Positions 61,459-64,000 of a DNA stretch of 64,000 bases are shown here, in pieces; within the stretch, counting starts at the first letter, position 1, and every line of letters starts with the position of its first letter. The DNA comes from the human T2T-CHM13v2.0 reference genome, Homo sapiens. Both the position numbers and the translations under genes were made by a program. The notes below the pieces were generated by a model. The model had not been told where the DNA came from, did no database searches, and saw only the letters and a list, made by a program, of their open reading frames with translations. Where the stretch lies: NCBI RefSeq assembly GCF_009914755.1, contig NC_060931.1; one strand, 5' to 3'.

Positions 61459-61674
61459 CTGCAACACAGAAAATCACAGCTCAAGCCCCAACACACCCTG
61501 GCAGGGTAAGCACTGGCCCAACTTGAGCAGCTCCAGCTAGGAAGCTAAGTCAGCTTCCTGCTGAGGGCCAGGCACCCCACCCTCTTCAGAGCCATGGCAC
61601 AAACAGACAGAAGGACCCTGGTTGTCAAGAGGGGCCAAGAGCCACTGGTCAGACATCAGAGCGGATTCACTCAC

Positions 61675-61827
61675 CTCCGTGAGTCGTTGGAGAAAGCAAA
61701 CGAGTGCACAGCCGCGGAGTGGCCCTTTAGTTCGAAGGCTCGCACCACCTCCTGGAACTCCCCCTTCTTTCCAAAGCAGACTTCCCAAACCTTCACATCT
61801 GGGGTGAAGCCACACGAGGCTACAAAT
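61675..61827 (-). CDS. TBL2: TBL2 penultimate exon, 153 nt: (R)FVASCGFTPDVKVWE...GHSAAVHSFAFSNDSR
   Basis: atggcag|A TTT ... CGG AG|gtgagt. GH and WE WD40 signatures. Confidence 0.94.
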
Positions 61828-61956
61828 CTGCCATACAACCCAGAAGCCTTTAAAACTTCATTTTCGGAGCATGTTGTTCCTGTAAAACCCCTCAATCTCT
61901 TTCCTGAGAAAGTTGATAATCCTCATATCTGGATAATATAAACCTTTAAAGAGTTA

Positions 61957-63120
<1,164 letters not shown>

Positions 63121-63329
63121 ACTGAAGATGAAGAAATAGCGACTAAGGACATGGGGCGACCTGCATGAAATCCCACTACTGCAAGTGGGGAGAGCTGAGA
63201 CTTGAAGCTCGGGTTCCTGACCCCACCCCGTATGCTCTTCCCACGCGATGAAGCTGGCTCTCTGTTCTGTGCCTGCTCCCCAGCCCCAGCCTCTCGTGGT
63301 CCCAGACGCCAATACCCCTCCTTGCCCAC

Positions 63330-63456
63330 CTGCCACAGGGAGATACAGCAGCGTGTGTGTTGTTCATCTGGTTGGTGTTGATGGTAGACAGCACTTGACC
63401 CTTCAGGCTCCAGATGAGGACAGTGGTGTCACTGGAGGCAGTCATGATAAACTTCC
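63330..63456 (-). CDS. TBL2: TBL2 internal exon, 127 nt: (G)KFIMTASSDTTVLIWSLKGQVLSTINTNQMNNTHAAVSPCG
   Basis: cccgctcag|GG AAG ... GGC AG|gtgggc. Confidence 0.94.
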
Positions 63457-63805
63457 CTGAGCGGGAAGGGAGTGATGTGGGTCACGGGCAGTGACCTGAC
63501 CAACTGTCATTCTCCAAAGACACTTACAAGGCCTCTGCTGCCCGAAGTATACATGTCTCCTCCCAGGCCAAGGGTCACTACAGATAAGGACTCTGCTGAA
63601 GACTGTGGCCCTTCCCCACCTTCCCTAGGGACCTGGTGTGGCCCAGGGACTCCAGGGGAGCACAGAGCCAGGCTGTTCAGAGCCAGGGACCCCTTGTTCC
63701 TCTCAGGTTGAGCAGAACTTTCAGGCAGCATTAACTCATTGAGGAAATAGAACTGGATCTTTCCTTCATGCTTTGGGCAGGCGCCACCCTCTGAATGCCT
63801 CTTAC

Positions 63806-63957
63806 CTGTGTTAGCAATGCCAATGTCGATGACAGGCGCCTTGTGCTTTTTAGGGAAGTCCTCTGGGGTGGCTGTGAAGGTGTAGCCCCCATCCTCCCGC
63901 TTGGTCATCTTGAAGACACGGAGGGTGTCCCCGTTGGCCAGCCAGACGATGAAGGCT
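63806..63957 (-). CDS. TBL2: TBL2 internal exon, 152 nt: AFIVWLANGDTLRVFKMTKREDGGYTFTATPEDFPKKHKAPVIDIGIANT
   Basis: gtctctag|A GCC ... ACA G|gtaaga. The gene continues beyond the right edge. Confidence 0.94.
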
Positions 63958-64000
63958 CTAGAGACAGGCAGCAGACAAGTCACGCTCTCACTGGACAAAG

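Noticed and set aside
61029-61526. 165-aa antisense ORF over the TBL2 last exon
   Set aside because: Shadow frame of a GC-rich coding exon.

Overview
Primate (almost certainly human) genomic DNA from the 7q11.23 Williams-Beuren region, recognised from the translated exons. Three genes lie in tandem on the minus strand: the last four exons and 3' UTR of TBL2 (~59.4-64 kb), the complete six-exon BCL7B gene (CDS 48078 to 27781, 609 nt = 202 aa + stop), and the promoter plus exons 1-2 of BAZ1B/WSTF (ATG at 12421). All splice junctions were assembled by hand and give continuous reading frames. There are two CpG-island promoters. By eye, more than half of the window is Alu, with older L1/L2, LTR and DNA-transposon relics; nearly all entries in the ORF track are Alu or CpG-island artefacts. 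I see no CRISPR array, prokaryotic system or unannotated multi-exon gene. The best second-look items are: (1) the 11-kb U12-type intron 1 of BAZ1B with its uORF and retention stop; (2) an unexplained CpG-rich hairpin in BCL7B intron 1, between two copies of a ~250-bp local duplication; (3) a phase-compatible TBL2-BCL7B read-through fusion; (4) a possible internal BCL7B promoter; (5) a MEF2/E-box/AP-1 cluster upstream of BCL7B; (6) a complete MLT2A solo LTR with an altered DUX4-like site. Repeat family names are from memory of consensus sequences, and repeat boundaries are approximate.
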